NCBI GenBank assembly: GCA_016288155.1
Contig: JAEEYP010000058.1
Location: forward strand, 1,364 to 65,363
Source of the DNA: Clostridiales bacterium
GTDB taxonomy: Bacteria > Bacillota > Clostridia > Oscillospirales > CAG-272
Length of the DNA: 64,000 bases
Direction of reading: 5' to 3'
Made by a program: the position numbers and the translations under genes. Within the stretch, counting starts at the first letter, position 1, and the number at the start of each line of letters is the position of its first letter. The notes below the pieces were generated by a model, which was given only the letters and a program-made list of their open reading frames with translations, did not search any database and was not told where the DNA came from. Positions 29,187-39,194 of the stretch are shown piece after piece.

Positions 29187-30395
29187 TCAGGCCTTCGCCG
29201 TGATGACGACGTGGCCTTCCTTGTCGACCGCCATGGAGCTGGTCTTCGCGCGAACGACGGTGAGATATTCACCGGTGGTCTGGCTGGCCAGCGTCGCCTC
29301 GCCGGAGGACAGCGTCAGCTCGGTCCACGCATCGTCACCGGTGGTGGCGATCACGTCGCCTTCATGGACCTCGATGACAGCCGCGCCGGTTCTGTAGTAA
29401 TACTTATAGCCCGTACCAGCGGACGCCGGGGAGACGGTGATATCAGTGCTGCCGGACGTGGAGGCGTTCGCAGCAGACGTGACGGTCAGGCCGCCGACAT
29501 ACTCGATGGAGGTGTTGAACTGGAGGGCATCGGACTTCTTGTTGAGGATGAAGACGTCCTCGAAGGACTCTTCGTAGTAGAAGTATTTGCCCTGCGTCAT
29601 CGCGGACGGAGCGTCCAGCTGCGAGAACTGGTAGCTGACCGGGGTGATGACGGCGTCCGGATGGACCAGAAGCATGTTGATCTGGTCGGCGCCTTCCAGC
29701 GCACGCCAACCGGACGTGAAGTCATACTCGGTTTTCATGAGGGACGCCGGGACGCCGACGACCTCGACCTCCTCGATACGGGAGACGGTGCGGTTGATCG
29801 CCGTACCACCGTTGAGGACGTCATAGTTGCGCGTAAGGCCGGCCGCCTGCTTGAGCATGGTCTTGACCTCATGCGTGCAGTAGAGAATGCGGCCGTTGGC
29901 AGGAACGCGGGCGTTGTCCATCTTGAGCATCAGGGAATCGAAGACGGAGAGGACGTTGGCGGTGGTCAGCTCGGTGTGATCCGCCGTGTGACCCTGCTCG
30001 GTCCAGAGCTTGTACAGCTCGGAAATGCAGTAAGCATCCATCTCCGGGAACTTCTGCTCAGCGTTGAAGGTCTGCGTGATGTTCGTGATCGACGCGGCGC
30101 CGTTGGTCTGGTCGATATCCTTCGGGTGGACGAGCGTGGACCACTTGCGCTGATTCTTCAGCGTTTTGGGCTCCCACGCGTTGTCATAGTTACGCGCGGC
30201 GTTGGCGATCGTGTCGCGGTCGGCATCCGTCCGACCGGTGGTCGACAGGTTGGGGATGTAGACGGTCTTTCCGTCCTCGCCCATGCGGTACCGACCGTTG
30301 TTCGGGGTGGCATACAGCGCGCCGAAATTCAGAACGTACGGAAACGCCTGAGCGAGCGCGGCGCTGTACTGCGCAGCATAGTTAATTGCAGGCAT
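29187..30395 (-). CDS. Major capsid protein with C-terminal beta-rich extension
   Basis: INYAAQYS, PEMDAY, QINMLLVHP; follows the scaffold gene. Confidence 0.88.
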   Translation of the reverse strand: MPAINYAAQYSAALAQAFPYVLNFGALYATPNNGRYRMGEDGKTVYIPNLSTTGRTDADRDTIANAARNYDNAWEPKTLKNQRKWSTLVHPKDIDQTNGAASITNITQTFNAEQKFPEMDAYCISELYKLWTEQGHTADHTELTTANVLSVFDSLMLKMDNARVPANGRILYCTHEVKTMLKQAAGLTRNYDVLNGGTAINRTVSRIEEVEVVGVPASLMKTEYDFTSGWRALEGADQINMLLVHPDAVITPVSYQFSQLDAPSAMTQGKYFYYEESFEDVFILNKKSDALQFNTSIEYVGGLTVTSAANASTSGSTDITVSPASAGTGYKYYYRTGAAVIEVHEGDVIATTGDDAWTELTLSSGEATLASQTTGEYLTVVRAKTSSMAVDKEGHVVITAKA

Positions 30396-30416
30396 TGTGT
30401 TTTTCCTTTCTGTCAG

Positions 30417-31100
30417 TTATTTTTTTTCGTCCGGATTCGGCCGGACGCCACGAAATACGAACCCGAATGCGTTTTTATCCGGTTCGGGCTTGGTGTTCTT
30501 GGGGAGCACGATCGTCGGTGCCTTGCCTCCATCCGGTCCCGATCCGTCACCGCCTTCTCCCGCAGCGGGCGTAGCCTCCACGAGCGCACCGGGATTCTCG
30601 GCCTTGTACTTCGTGAGGAAGTCCTCGTAACCGAGAATCACCTCGCCATCGACCTTGAAATCCTTGCCGTTCGCCTGCGAGATGAAGTCTCGCCGGGCGG
30701 CGGGAGAGGAGAACTGAAGGCCGTTGGCCTTTTCGCGGACCAGAAACTCATACTGCTGGCGCTGGTTTTTGGCTTCCCACTCTTTCTGATCCGTGGCGTA
30801 CTTGGTCTGCAGCCCGGTCAGGGTGGTCTGCACCTCCGTGAGCTTTGCCGCGTCAGCCTGCGCCGCCGTGAGCTTGGTCTGCAGGTCGGTGATGTCGGTG
30901 TCGCGCTTGGTGATTTGCCCCTGCAGGTCGGTCACGCGCTGGTTCAGGGTGTTATACTTTTCGACGGAAACGTAACCGCCCTCCGACAGGTCCGCAAAAC
31001 GAACGTGCTTCGTTTTGTCTTCCTGTCCGGCGTTCCGCTTGTCGATCTCTGCCTGCACCTGCGCGTACAGTTCCGGGGAAAGAAGATCCTTGAGTGTCAT
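30417..31100 (-). CDS. Scaffolding protein
   Basis: Coiled coil, ADLSEGGYV; precedes the capsid gene. Confidence 0.8.
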   Translation of the reverse strand: MTLKDLLSPELYAQVQAEIDKRNAGQEDKTKHVRFADLSEGGYVSVEKYNTLNQRVTDLQGQITKRDTDITDLQTKLTAAQADAAKLTEVQTTLTGLQTKYATDQKEWEAKNQRQQYEFLVREKANGLQFSSPAARRDFISQANGKDFKVDGEVILGYEDFLTKYKAENPGALVEATPAAGEGGDGSGPDGGKAPTIVLPKNTKPEPDKNAFGFVFRGVRPNPDEKK

Positions 31101-31204
31101 GCGTCCTCCGTTTTCGACGCGACTGAGTGTCCCGTCGGCGGCAGTTTAATCCACATACCGCGGGTGGAAATATGATCAAAGGCTGAGTGCCTTCAATACC
31201 GATG

Positions 31205-32356
31205 TCATACCTTGACTGCCTTAAAGCCCTCGACCGACAGCCGATCACCGTGAGGCGTCAGACCCGCCTCCTTGGCAAGGGCGTAATACTGCACCGTGCG
31301 TGCGTTTATACGGATCTGGCACTCCCGGCGGAGCTTGTCGTCCTCTGCAGTGCGTGCCGCGTTTGCGAGGTCTTTGTCACGCCGGACCAGTGTCTCCGTC
31401 CGCCTCATTGCCTGCTGCGCCTGATACGTCGTCATGTGCCTGCCGTTGACCGTACAGCCCTTCCGGTTGTCATCAGCCCATTGCTGCAGCTGTTCCTCGC
31501 TGTACCGTCGGACGGAATGTTCTGTCGAAAACGCCATGGCGATGTGCATACAGTTCCATTCGCCGATCGGGCGGCGGAATCCTTCGTATCGGCGCCCGTC
31601 GACGTCGGAGAAGTCCTCACCGGCCTGCATACGCTCGAACTCCTGTTTAAGGAACACACGGCCCTGCACGGGCTCGTGATCCGGTGCGCTGTGTGCATGC
31701 GCGGAGAGCTCGACCGCGTCAAAACCTAACGCCTCTCCCATGGCGAGAGAGGCGTTTTGGTTTATCTGGTTCACGCCGTCGATGACATTCTGGCGGACCG
31801 CGGTGTCCAGCCGCCTGTGGTATCCACTTTCGTAGTAGACCTGCAGGCCGTTGTAACCGATGTCCCGGATGATATCGCGCGTTGCACCCTTGTAGTCCTG
31901 CAGCCCAGTGGAGACTGCCGTGATCGCCTGATCGACCGCGTTTTTATATCGACCGGCTACCGCTGTCGTATTGGAAAGGTTCTGCATCGCCGTCGCAGTC
32001 TGCGCGGCGACGTTCTGCGCGAACTGAACGATCCGATCCCGCCGATCCTCCGGCAGCGGATTCTGCTGCAGGTACGCGGCGAACCGTCTGTCCGTGTAGC
32101 TCTCCGTGAGCGCCTTCTGGTAGATCGCCATGATGTCCCGGATGTTCAGCTCGGTTGCCTTCTGCAGCTGTTGGGTGATATCAGCGACGTCGGCGCCCAT
32201 GTCCTGCATGACGATCAGCCGGTTCACGCTGGTCTGGTTCAGCTCACCGATCCGCAGTATCTGCGCGGCGATCTTGCGCACGAACAGCCGGTTGACCTTG
32301 TTGAGCCGGTCGGTTACGCTCCGAAGCGCCTCTTCCAGCCTGCCCCGGGTCAGCAT
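31205..32356 (-). CDS. Phage minor capsid protein
   Basis: YESG...AVRQNV, SAHAHSAPDH, NCMH. Confidence 0.85.
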   Translation of the reverse strand: MLTRGRLEEALRSVTDRLNKVNRLFVRKIAAQILRIGELNQTSVNRLIVMQDMGADVADITQQLQKATELNIRDIMAIYQKALTESYTDRRFAAYLQQNPLPEDRRDRIVQFAQNVAAQTATAMQNLSNTTAVAGRYKNAVDQAITAVSTGLQDYKGATRDIIRDIGYNGLQVYYESGYHRRLDTAVRQNVIDGVNQINQNASLAMGEALGFDAVELSAHAHSAPDHEPVQGRVFLKQEFERMQAGEDFSDVDGRRYEGFRRPIGEWNCMHIAMAFSTEHSVRRYSEEQLQQWADDNRKGCTVNGRHMTTYQAQQAMRRTETLVRRDKDLANAARTAEDDKLRRECQIRINARTVQYYALAKEAGLTPHGDRLSVEGFKAVKV

Positions 32357-33835
32357 TTATTCCTCCTCGGGAAGCGTCGGCAGCATGCTGGCCGCGGCCG
32401 CCGCGGCGGCCGCCTGCTCGGTTGTGATCGCTTCAATCGCGGCGGCCGCCTGTGCTTCGGTCTCACCGAAATACCATTCGCGGAACTCGGCCTTACCCAG
32501 CAGGCCGTTGTTGTACAGCAGCAGACGTTCGTTCATCTGCTGCTCGGTATCGGTGATGATCGAATCATCCCACTCAAAGGAGACGTCATAATCGCCTTCC
32601 GGCGCGAGCTTGTACATGGTGGCGTATTTGTCCATCGTCCGAATAACGTCCTTCAGGCACGCTTCAAGCGCCTTCTGGTTATCGGCAACAGTAGCATAGG
32701 ATCGCTGTTTGACGATCCGCAGCTCCGTCGCTGTCCGGGCCTCGGAGTTTGCGTCAGAGATCATGCCGCGGGCGAACCCGACCTGATCCTCGATCCGCAT
32801 GAACAGCTGATTCAGGCCGTTCAGGAGCGAGGCGTCCCGGATCGCCGGCGCGAACACGTTGTAGGTGTCATCGTTACCCAGATCCACGGACCGGAACAGC
32901 CGTTCATTGAGGTGCGGCATTTCCGCCTCTCCGTTGACCTTCTTCGGGCGGAGAACGGTAGGATCCACGTCAATCGCCATCTCAGACGCCTCGTACTCCC
33001 ACAGGAGGCGGGAATACTGCAGGTCGGCCTGTTCGATCGTGCCGACGGCCTTGGCGAACGCGGACGCGCCCATCGGGCACTCCACGTCAATATTATTCGC
33101 GGCAGCGACCTTGTACCAGCCGAACATCTGGCCGTCCGTGTTCTGAACCGTCGCTTCCGGCTCCAGTTCTGCCCACTGCGGCACCTCGGACAGGCTGATC
33201 TCCACGCCGATCATGTCACGGATGGCCGACTTGAACGCCCGCTGCGTGATCTTGACGCCGTCGCCTTCGACGGTGTGCCGCTCGAGACGTGTGTAAAAAG
33301 TCTTGCCCTCGGTGAAGGTGTCGCGGAAAATGACGTCGCTGAGGTTGCCGTCGTCGTCGAAAGCGATCGGGTACAGCGCCCAGTCCATGGTCCAGTCAAA
33401 AAAGATGTGCTTGCCCTTGGGATACGGCTTGATGACCATTCCGCCGGCTGCGCAGCCGATCTCCAGCTTCTGCCGGAGCGCCGCGATACACTTGGCGAAC
33501 TCGGTTTTTAGGTATTCCGCCCGCGGGTTGGTGATATCCTCGCCGTTCGCGTCCTGCGTGTCACCGTTCTTGTTTTTGCCGGTGATGGACCACTTCATTT
33601 CGAGGGTCACCTGCCGAGACAGCTCGGCACAGATGAAAGAAGGCAGATTCAGCGACCGGACCGTGTCCGGCTTCAGCCAATCTGCCTTATTCAGGTACAT
33701 GTTGTACCACGTGTCAAGCGCCGTCTGCATCTCGGTCGACAGCGGCGTCTCGATCCGCTCGACCGTCTCTATGTCTTTGTACGGGAGGATACGCCTCACC
33801 ACCTGTCGAATGAAATTCAGGAGTCGTGTAAACAT
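32357..33835 (-). CDS. Portal protein (A118-like)
   Basis: YTRLERH, TATE, WDDSI, EFREWYFGETE. Confidence 0.9.
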   Translation of the reverse strand: MFTRLLNFIRQVVRRILPYKDIETVERIETPLSTEMQTALDTWYNMYLNKADWLKPDTVRSLNLPSFICAELSRQVTLEMKWSITGKNKNGDTQDANGEDITNPRAEYLKTEFAKCIAALRQKLEIGCAAGGMVIKPYPKGKHIFFDWTMDWALYPIAFDDDGNLSDVIFRDTFTEGKTFYTRLERHTVEGDGVKITQRAFKSAIRDMIGVEISLSEVPQWAELEPEATVQNTDGQMFGWYKVAAANNIDVECPMGASAFAKAVGTIEQADLQYSRLLWEYEASEMAIDVDPTVLRPKKVNGEAEMPHLNERLFRSVDLGNDDTYNVFAPAIRDASLLNGLNQLFMRIEDQVGFARGMISDANSEARTATELRIVKQRSYATVADNQKALEACLKDVIRTMDKYATMYKLAPEGDYDVSFEWDDSIITDTEQQMNERLLLYNNGLLGKAEFREWYFGETEAQAAAAIEAITTEQAAAAAAAASMLPTLPEEE

Positions 33836-33907
33836 GTTTCACCACCCTTTACGGCGGGATGTAAAAAGGGGCGCCATTTCTGACGCCCCCGGGAGGAGGG
33901 AAAAGCG

Positions 33908-34220
33908 TTATTGTGCATCGTCGTTCGTTACCCAGCGCTTGAAGCGTTTCGCTGCCGGGAGCTTGCTGGACAGGATCAAGGCGTACAGACCGCTTTCATT
34001 GATGATGACCACCTGTTGCACTCCGGAGGGGGTGTCTATTTTGGACACCCCCTCTGTCCTCACCATCTACGTGGTCCCGCACGGCCTTTGCTGTCTCTTT
34101 GTACCCGAGCGCCGAGGCGACGTCTTTGCCGACCGCCCACGGCACGTCGTCGATCAACAGTGTGCGCACGCTCCCGAATTCGGGGTTGCTGAACACCTGC
34201 AGTTCGTTCGTCACCGTCAT
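33908..34220 (-). pseudogene. BRO-N antirepressor, frameshifted and short
   Basis: FSNPEFGSVRT..PWAVGKDVA; removing one base at C5 34048-34052 continues with INESGLYALILSSKLPAAKRFKRWVT then stop. Confidence 0.85.
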
Positions 34221-34414
34221 GCGACCCGCCCCGCTTTCTCTTCCGCAGCCGCAACCGTGACCGCTTCGGCGAGGTCAGCCAGCAGGCCGAACACGTCCGC
34301 GTACATTTCGGACGGGAGGCTTCCGTGTTCTGCGCTGTCCTGCGCGACGAGAGCAACATTTCTGATAATCTGCGCGGCGTCCGTGACGCCTGTGTCAGTA
34401 ATGCGAATTTCCAT
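34217..34414 (-). CDS. Hypothetical protein
   Basis: MEIRITDTG..., RBS. Confidence 0.6.
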   Translation of the reverse strand: MEIRITDTGVTDAAQIIRNVALVAQDSAEHGSLPSEMYADVFGLLADLAEAVTVAAAEEKAGRVA

Positions 34415-34443
34415 AAACTTCTCCTGTTTCGATAAAAATAATA

Positions 34444-34555
34444 TTGACACACCACAGGAGAAGTGGTATAATGGATTTACCAAAGCTCCTGTGGTTTTGG
34501 GGAAAAGCACACTCCCGTTCACCGGCAAAGTAGGCGGGGGTGTGTTTATTTTTTG
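34444..34555 (+). ncRNA. Putative antisense small RNA with its promoter
   Basis: TTGACA-N17-TATAAT at 34444-34472, no ORF, ends in hairpin plus T-tract. Confidence 0.55.
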
Positions 34556-34716
34556 TCAAGTAGAGATCGAATAGCTTTTCGTATCGCCTCACCGCGTGTG
34601 ATCTGGTGCTTTTCGCAATGCGCCCGAAGACGCGATTCCGTATCGCGGTCAAGCCTGATACTGTAGCGGACATCTTTCGGCTTCTCCACTTTTGGTCTGC
34701 CCATTCGGGGTGACAC
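34546..34716 (-). CDS. Arc/CopG-like ribbon-helix-helix repressor
   Basis: MGRPK..PKDVRYSIRLD...TRGEAIRKAI; 10-bp inverted repeat at 34731-34770 over its promoter. Confidence 0.8.
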   Translation of the reverse strand: MSPRMGRPKVEKPKDVRYSIRLDRDTESRLRAHCEKHQITRGEAIRKAIRSLLDKK

Positions 34717-34857
34717 CCTTTTCACCTCACTTTCTGTCACACGTTTATTATAATTGCCGCGTGACAGAAAGTCAAGAGCTTTTTGAAAAATTTCTAAAAT
34801 TATTTTAGAAAGTCAAATATTGTTGGCTGGACGGGTTTCCAGTCAAAGATTTCGTTC

Positions 34858-35237
34858 TCAGTAGATCAGCGGGAACCCGTTTGCATCCTTGAAAGTCTTC
34901 GTGAACGCCAACCGGAACAGGTCAATGGTGCAGCCGATCAGCAGACCGCCAAAGGTGATCGTATAGAGCAGTCCCTTCTTGATCTTGCCGACGTAGAACT
35001 GATACAGCCCCAGACACAGCCCGAACACAGTCGCAAACCCGATGATTTCATCGTGTCCCGCGACGTGCCTATCACCAGACACGCAATGAACAGGGCGAGC
35101 GGAACGAGAATCAGAAGAATTGCTTTCTTCCGGCTCTTCGGACTGCACACGGTATTCAGCCCTTGCAGTCCCTGCTTGATGCCGACGCCTAATTCGGCGC
35201 CGTACGCCTGAATGTCGTTTTTCGGTTTCTTTGCCAT
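34858..35237 (-). pseudogene. TM2-domain membrane protein, frameshifted
   Basis: LGLYQFYVGKIKKGLLYTITFGG..IG..IDL; N-terminal half is in another frame, shift near 35057. Confidence 0.7.
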
Positions 35238-35345
35238 TACGTTTTGCCTCCGTAAAAGTGTGGTGCACTCATTATAGCAAAAACGCGAGGGCAAGTCAAT
35301 ACCGATTTACCAAATACTGGAAAATTATTTCATGCCGGCTGGAGA

Positions 35346-37441
35346 TCACTGGCCCTTCCGCTTCCATACGCGTTCAAGAGCGTACCGGACGGCGTCGATT
35401 GAATGGTTGTTGACGTCCGGATACCCGCTGATGATCTCATCGCTCGGCGTTCGCTCGTATTCGTATTCGGAAAATTCCTTCGCCGTGGCCGGGCACCGGA
35501 TCGGGTTAATGACGATGGACTTCAGAGACTGCAGCCATTTCACGCCGTACCGGACGCTGTCCGGGCCCTTGATCGCCTCGCGGCACAGGGAACCGTAGTC
35601 GCGGTAGTCACTGACTGACTTCGGCTCGGCGCTGTCCGCCGTGATCAGGTCCTCTCCGGTGACGCCCTTGAGCATGACCAGATTGTTCCACGTCTCGGCA
35701 TTTGATTGCTTGTTGGCGCGGTACTCGTCGTAGATGTACAGCGTTTTCCGCGTGCTGTCGTAGTGCATTTTCGCCCAATGGAACGGATCCGGGTACCAGC
35801 CCCAGTCGATTCCCATGAAGATATTATCGAAATGGCTGATTTCCTCAGCGGAAATCTCCCGGATATCAAGGTTCTCGAATACTTCGCCGCCGGTACCGAC
35901 CGGCTCACCGAGGTATTCGTGCTGATATGCGCGCGGGTTGGTCGCCTTCAGGTCTTCGGCATCGTCGAGGAACTGCTGGCCCAGCCATGCGGGCGGAACG
36001 TCCGTGTAGCACGATTTGTGCCGCAGCGCTCTTGGCTGCGGACGCATCACATACTGGTTGGCCCAGTTGGATCGGCTGATCGGCGGGTTGAACGTCTTGA
36101 AGACGATGCACTTGTCGCCGCCGCGGAGCACGGACTGCTGAACAGACCGGATCTCCTCCTCGCCGGCGAACTCATCCAATTCTTCACAATGTGTTGCGTC
36201 TGTGCCGCTTCCGCACAGACTCACCGTGTCTCCACGGTGTTCAGACTATATCATAAGCGCACAGCCTGTTACCAGCTGTGCGCTTCCCGCTTTTTCGACC
36301 TCGCTTGAGGCCTACTCTACTCGTTCTGAGCCGCGGCTTTCTCACGGCCTAACTTTCGATAGTCGTTGCACGTCATCACTCAACGTCGCTGTAGGTGGTC
36401 CGGTGAGCACACTTGTAAATCGTTGACTCACTGACGCCGTACTTTCTCGCAAGTGCCCGCATACCGTTTTTCTGGTCGTGTGACTTATACACCCGTCTGA
36501 TCTCCCGGACCTCGTCTTCAGACAAGACGTGATTTCCCTGCATGCAACCAACGACAGGCTCTTTCAAGCCATTGTCATAGGCGTGCCGCATCTGTTCCTC
36601 TCGGGTTGCCCACTCCAGATTATCGACGGAGTTGTTCATCTTGTTTCCGTCGATATGATTTACGGTACTTTTGCTCTCAGGATTCGGGATGAACGCCTCA
36701 GCGACCAGTCGGTTTGCACGTTTTGTAAAGCCCCTGCCGTGTTTACACAGCGAATACCACACGTAACCGTCATGGGAGATCCGGGGTTTCAGAATCGCTT
36801 CACGACCGTATTTGTGGCTCTTGACCCGACCTTCATCGCTGATCTCGTAGTCCTCGAAGCCTGCTATTGATTTCCAGTGTTCCATACTACAGCCCCCTTT
36901 ACTGATTTCGTCAGTATATTATACCACTACTGACTAACTTTGTAAAGGGTTGCCGAGTGATTTTCGCTCAGGATTGTCCTGCCATCAGGAGTTCCCCTGA
37001 ATTTAACGGGTTTAATGTGGTCAGAAGTTTTAACCACAGGTATTTCAGGTAACCGTGAGCCACCTTGATCGATTTGAGCTTTTTGGCTTTATCCAGCCCG
37101 CGGAACAGGATCACCTGCCCGGTCGGCTTGTAGGTGCACTTATACGGGGAAGTGATGCACCGCCACTGGTTTTCGACGCCGAACGCGCTTATCGCCCACA
37201 GGATCTGCTCATAGACGGACGTGCCGAGCGTGTTTCCGACCTTGCGGAAAATGATCCCGTTCGCGTTCTTGTCCTCCATGATCCCCATGACGAGTTCGAC
37301 GCCGACGAAAGACGACTTCGTCGATCCACGGCCGCCGTACAGGTCATAGAACGTGTGCAGGCCGTCATGAAGATCCCAGTGGACTGGATAGAACGAGGGC
37401 GCGATCAGCTCGGACAGACGAACCTCATTGTCACTCGGAAT
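35346..37441 (-). CDS. terL: Terminase large subunit (PBSX family), two exons: 37441-37032 and 36186-35346
   Basis: GGRGSTKS Walker A; splicing restores YLWFEELDEF; GIDWG, NHSIDAVRY; 416 aa from an ATT start. Confidence 0.92.
36187..37031 (-). ncRNA. Group I intron in terL
   Basis: Exon ends in U, intron ends in G; P1 UGUGGUU/GACCACA; P AAAUUCAGGGGAACUCCU, Q AAUCCUGAGCGAA, R GCAACGACUA, S AUGAUAUAGUCUG. Confidence 0.93.
36376..36885 (-). CDS. Intron-encoded NUMOD4-HNH homing endonuclease
   Basis: WKSIAGFEDYEISDEGRVKS, RLVAEAFIPNP, VNHIDGNKMNNSVDNLEW. Confidence 0.93.
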   Translation of the reverse strand: MEHWKSIAGFEDYEISDEGRVKSHKYGREAILKPRISHDGYVWYSLCKHGRGFTKRANRLVAEAFIPNPESKSTVNHIDGNKMNNSVDNLEWATREEQMRHAYDNGLKEPVVGCMQGNHVLSEDEVREIRRVYKSHDQKNGMRALARKYGVSESTIYKCAHRTTYSDVE

Positions 37442-37955
37442 GATTGTTCACCACCTTTGCTTTTTCAGAGGCATCTTTTGGCGGATCGCCTGTTTCCGCG
37501 TCCGCCGGTGCCTCTGCCGACGGCCGGGGAATGTCGCAGACGATCCTGACGATCGGCGCGCCCGATTCCTCGCTCTTGTCCTCCTTCCAGCCCTTGAAAT
37601 TGAACTGGAGGGAAAAGCGGGCGCCGTTTGCGCCGTCTTTATCGAACAGCCGCTCCTCCGTGTACATCTCAACGCGCATTTTAGCCTTGTCGATGACGTC
37701 GCGGAAAGCGGACCTCGCGCGGTAGTTTAGAAGCGTCTGACGGGAGCTGAAACCGATCGCGTACGCGAGTCCGGTGACCGTCGGCGGATGAGCGCCGACG
37801 ATGATCGGCCGGTCATACTTATCAAGCATGACCTTGCCGTTTTCGTCCGTCAGAATCTTTCCTTCGCACGAATCGAAATACTCGTCGATCTTCTCCTGCA
37901 TGTCGGCCGGATTCTTGTACTTCTGCATGTTGCTGGTCTTGCGGTATCTGCCCAT
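37431..37955 (-). CDS. Terminase small subunit
   Basis: KIDEYF, PPTVTGLAYAIGF, GARFSL; directly upstream of terL. Confidence 0.85.
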   Translation of the reverse strand: MGRYRKTSNMQKYKNPADMQEKIDEYFDSCEGKILTDENGKVMLDKYDRPIIVGAHPPTVTGLAYAIGFSSRQTLLNYRARSAFRDVIDKAKMRVEMYTEERLFDKDGANGARFSLQFNFKGWKEDKSEESGAPIVRIVCDIPRPSAEAPADAETGDPPKDASEKAKVVNNHSE

Positions 37956-38038
37956 CAGACTGCCTCCTTTCCAGAGCATGAAAAAAGCGCGGCCTTTTCA
38001 GGTCACGCTTTTTCACCCATCCCCCGCGGGACGGATAA

Positions 38039-38206
38039 TCACTTTTTCGAGCCGCTGCTCGCCTTCGTCGCCTTCTTCTGCGCGGTCCGCTTCTCGGCGC
38101 CCTTGATCACGTCCTCGTTGGCGGCGTCCATCGCGCGGCAGTAGGCCTCGAAATCCGCTTTAGTCTTCGGGTTGTAGGAGCTCGGCTTCTTCGTGTCTTC
38201 CCTCAT
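38039..38206 (-). CDS. Small Lys-tailed protein (partner 2)
   Basis: 55 aa, GGAGG RBS. Confidence 0.7.
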   Translation of the reverse strand: MREDTKKPSSYNPKTKADFEAYCRAMDAANEDVIKGAEKRTAQKKATKASSGSKK

Positions 38207-38233
38207 GTCGTTGCCTCCGTTCAGCACTTTATA

Positions 38234-39013
38234 TTATTTTACCACGATCACGGCGCTTCTGTCAATAACATTCTGATAGGTCGATGACGCGGGACCGCCG
38301 GAAATCGCGTTATAGCCCATTGCCAGCGCGTAGATGGAGACGTTTCCGCCCCGTCCGCGGGCAAACGAACCCACCGCGGCGGCAAACTTGGGATGGCTTC
38401 GTTCAAACGATGCCGCCTGCCGTCTCAGGTCGTAAAAGTCAATCACGCGCGCCGTCTGCGGATTGTAAATAGCCGTGATGGTCGTACCACTGCCGTATCC
38501 GGTGTTTCCGCCGCCGTTCATGTCAAAATACGTGCCCGCGCCGGTGACCTGTCCGCCGTACTTGCCGCCGATGTAATTGAGCTCGGAATACTTGAATGTG
38601 TCGGCGATCTGCTGAGCTGAATACGGCCCGTTGCTGTTCACACTGCGCGCCATGATCTGACTGCGCGGAATATTGTTCTGCCTTCGGAACTGATCAAACT
38701 GCGCCTGATCCATGACCGTCGGCGCGCCGTTCAGCCCGACCTGATAGACGAACTTCTGCGTCTGATCCGGCACGTCGTTCAGGAAGTTCGGCATGTCCAC
38801 GTTCCGCGAGGCGATCACCGCCTGCGCCAGCTCGTCATCGGTCATCGCCGCGATCTGCGCGAGCGTCGCCGTTGCCTGTGTAGCCGTCTGCAGCTCGCCG
38901 TTCGGCGTCAGGTCCACCGGTTGTGCGGGCGGCTGCAGGGGGTTCAACGGCCGGAGTCTGCCTGTCGGGGTCGGCGTCGCCGTCAACCCGCTGTTACTGC
39001 CTCTTCCTCCCAT
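38234..39013 (-). CDS. MGGRG-leader protein 2, putative ADP-ribosyltransferase-fold domain
   Basis: MGGRGSNSGLT; ARSV, GAGTYF, GYNAI, VIDRS pattern. Confidence 0.6.
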   Translation of the reverse strand: MGGRGSNSGLTATPTPTGRLRPLNPLQPPAQPVDLTPNGELQTATQATATLAQIAAMTDDELAQAVIASRNVDMPNFLNDVPDQTQKFVYQVGLNGAPTVMDQAQFDQFRRQNNIPRSQIMARSVNSNGPYSAQQIADTFKYSELNYIGGKYGGQVTGAGTYFDMNGGGNTGYGSGTTITAIYNPQTARVIDFYDLRRQAASFERSHPKFAAAVGSFARGRGGNVSIYALAMGYNAISGGPASSTYQNVIDRSAVIVVK

Positions 39014-39025
39014 GCCGACCTCCGA

Positions 39026-39181
39026 TCACTTCTTTTTCGCGGGCGTAGAAGGCTTCTTGCCGTTCTTGGCGTTCCACTCGTCGACGACCTTCTGCTGCTC
39101 CGACGTGTTCTTGCTGACGTTCGCCACCGCGCTTGCGGTAAAGCGATCGACGTCCTTGCGGTTCAGTTTTGTGCTTGCCAT
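39026..39181 (-). CDS. Small Lys-tailed protein (partner 1)
   Basis: 51 aa, AAGGAGG RBS. Confidence 0.7.
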   Translation of the reverse strand: MASTKLNRKDVDRFTASAVANVSKNTSEQQKVVDEWNAKNGKKPSTPAKKK

Positions 39182-39194
39182 ATCTGCCTCCTTA

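Noticed and set aside
28953-33511. Long plus-strand ORFs (740 and 584 aa)
   Set aside because: Shadows of the capsid, scaffold and portal genes.
36187-37031. Intein or simple HNH insertion inactivating terL
   Set aside because: Stop codons exclude an intein, and group I core elements with exact frame restoration indicate RNA splicing.
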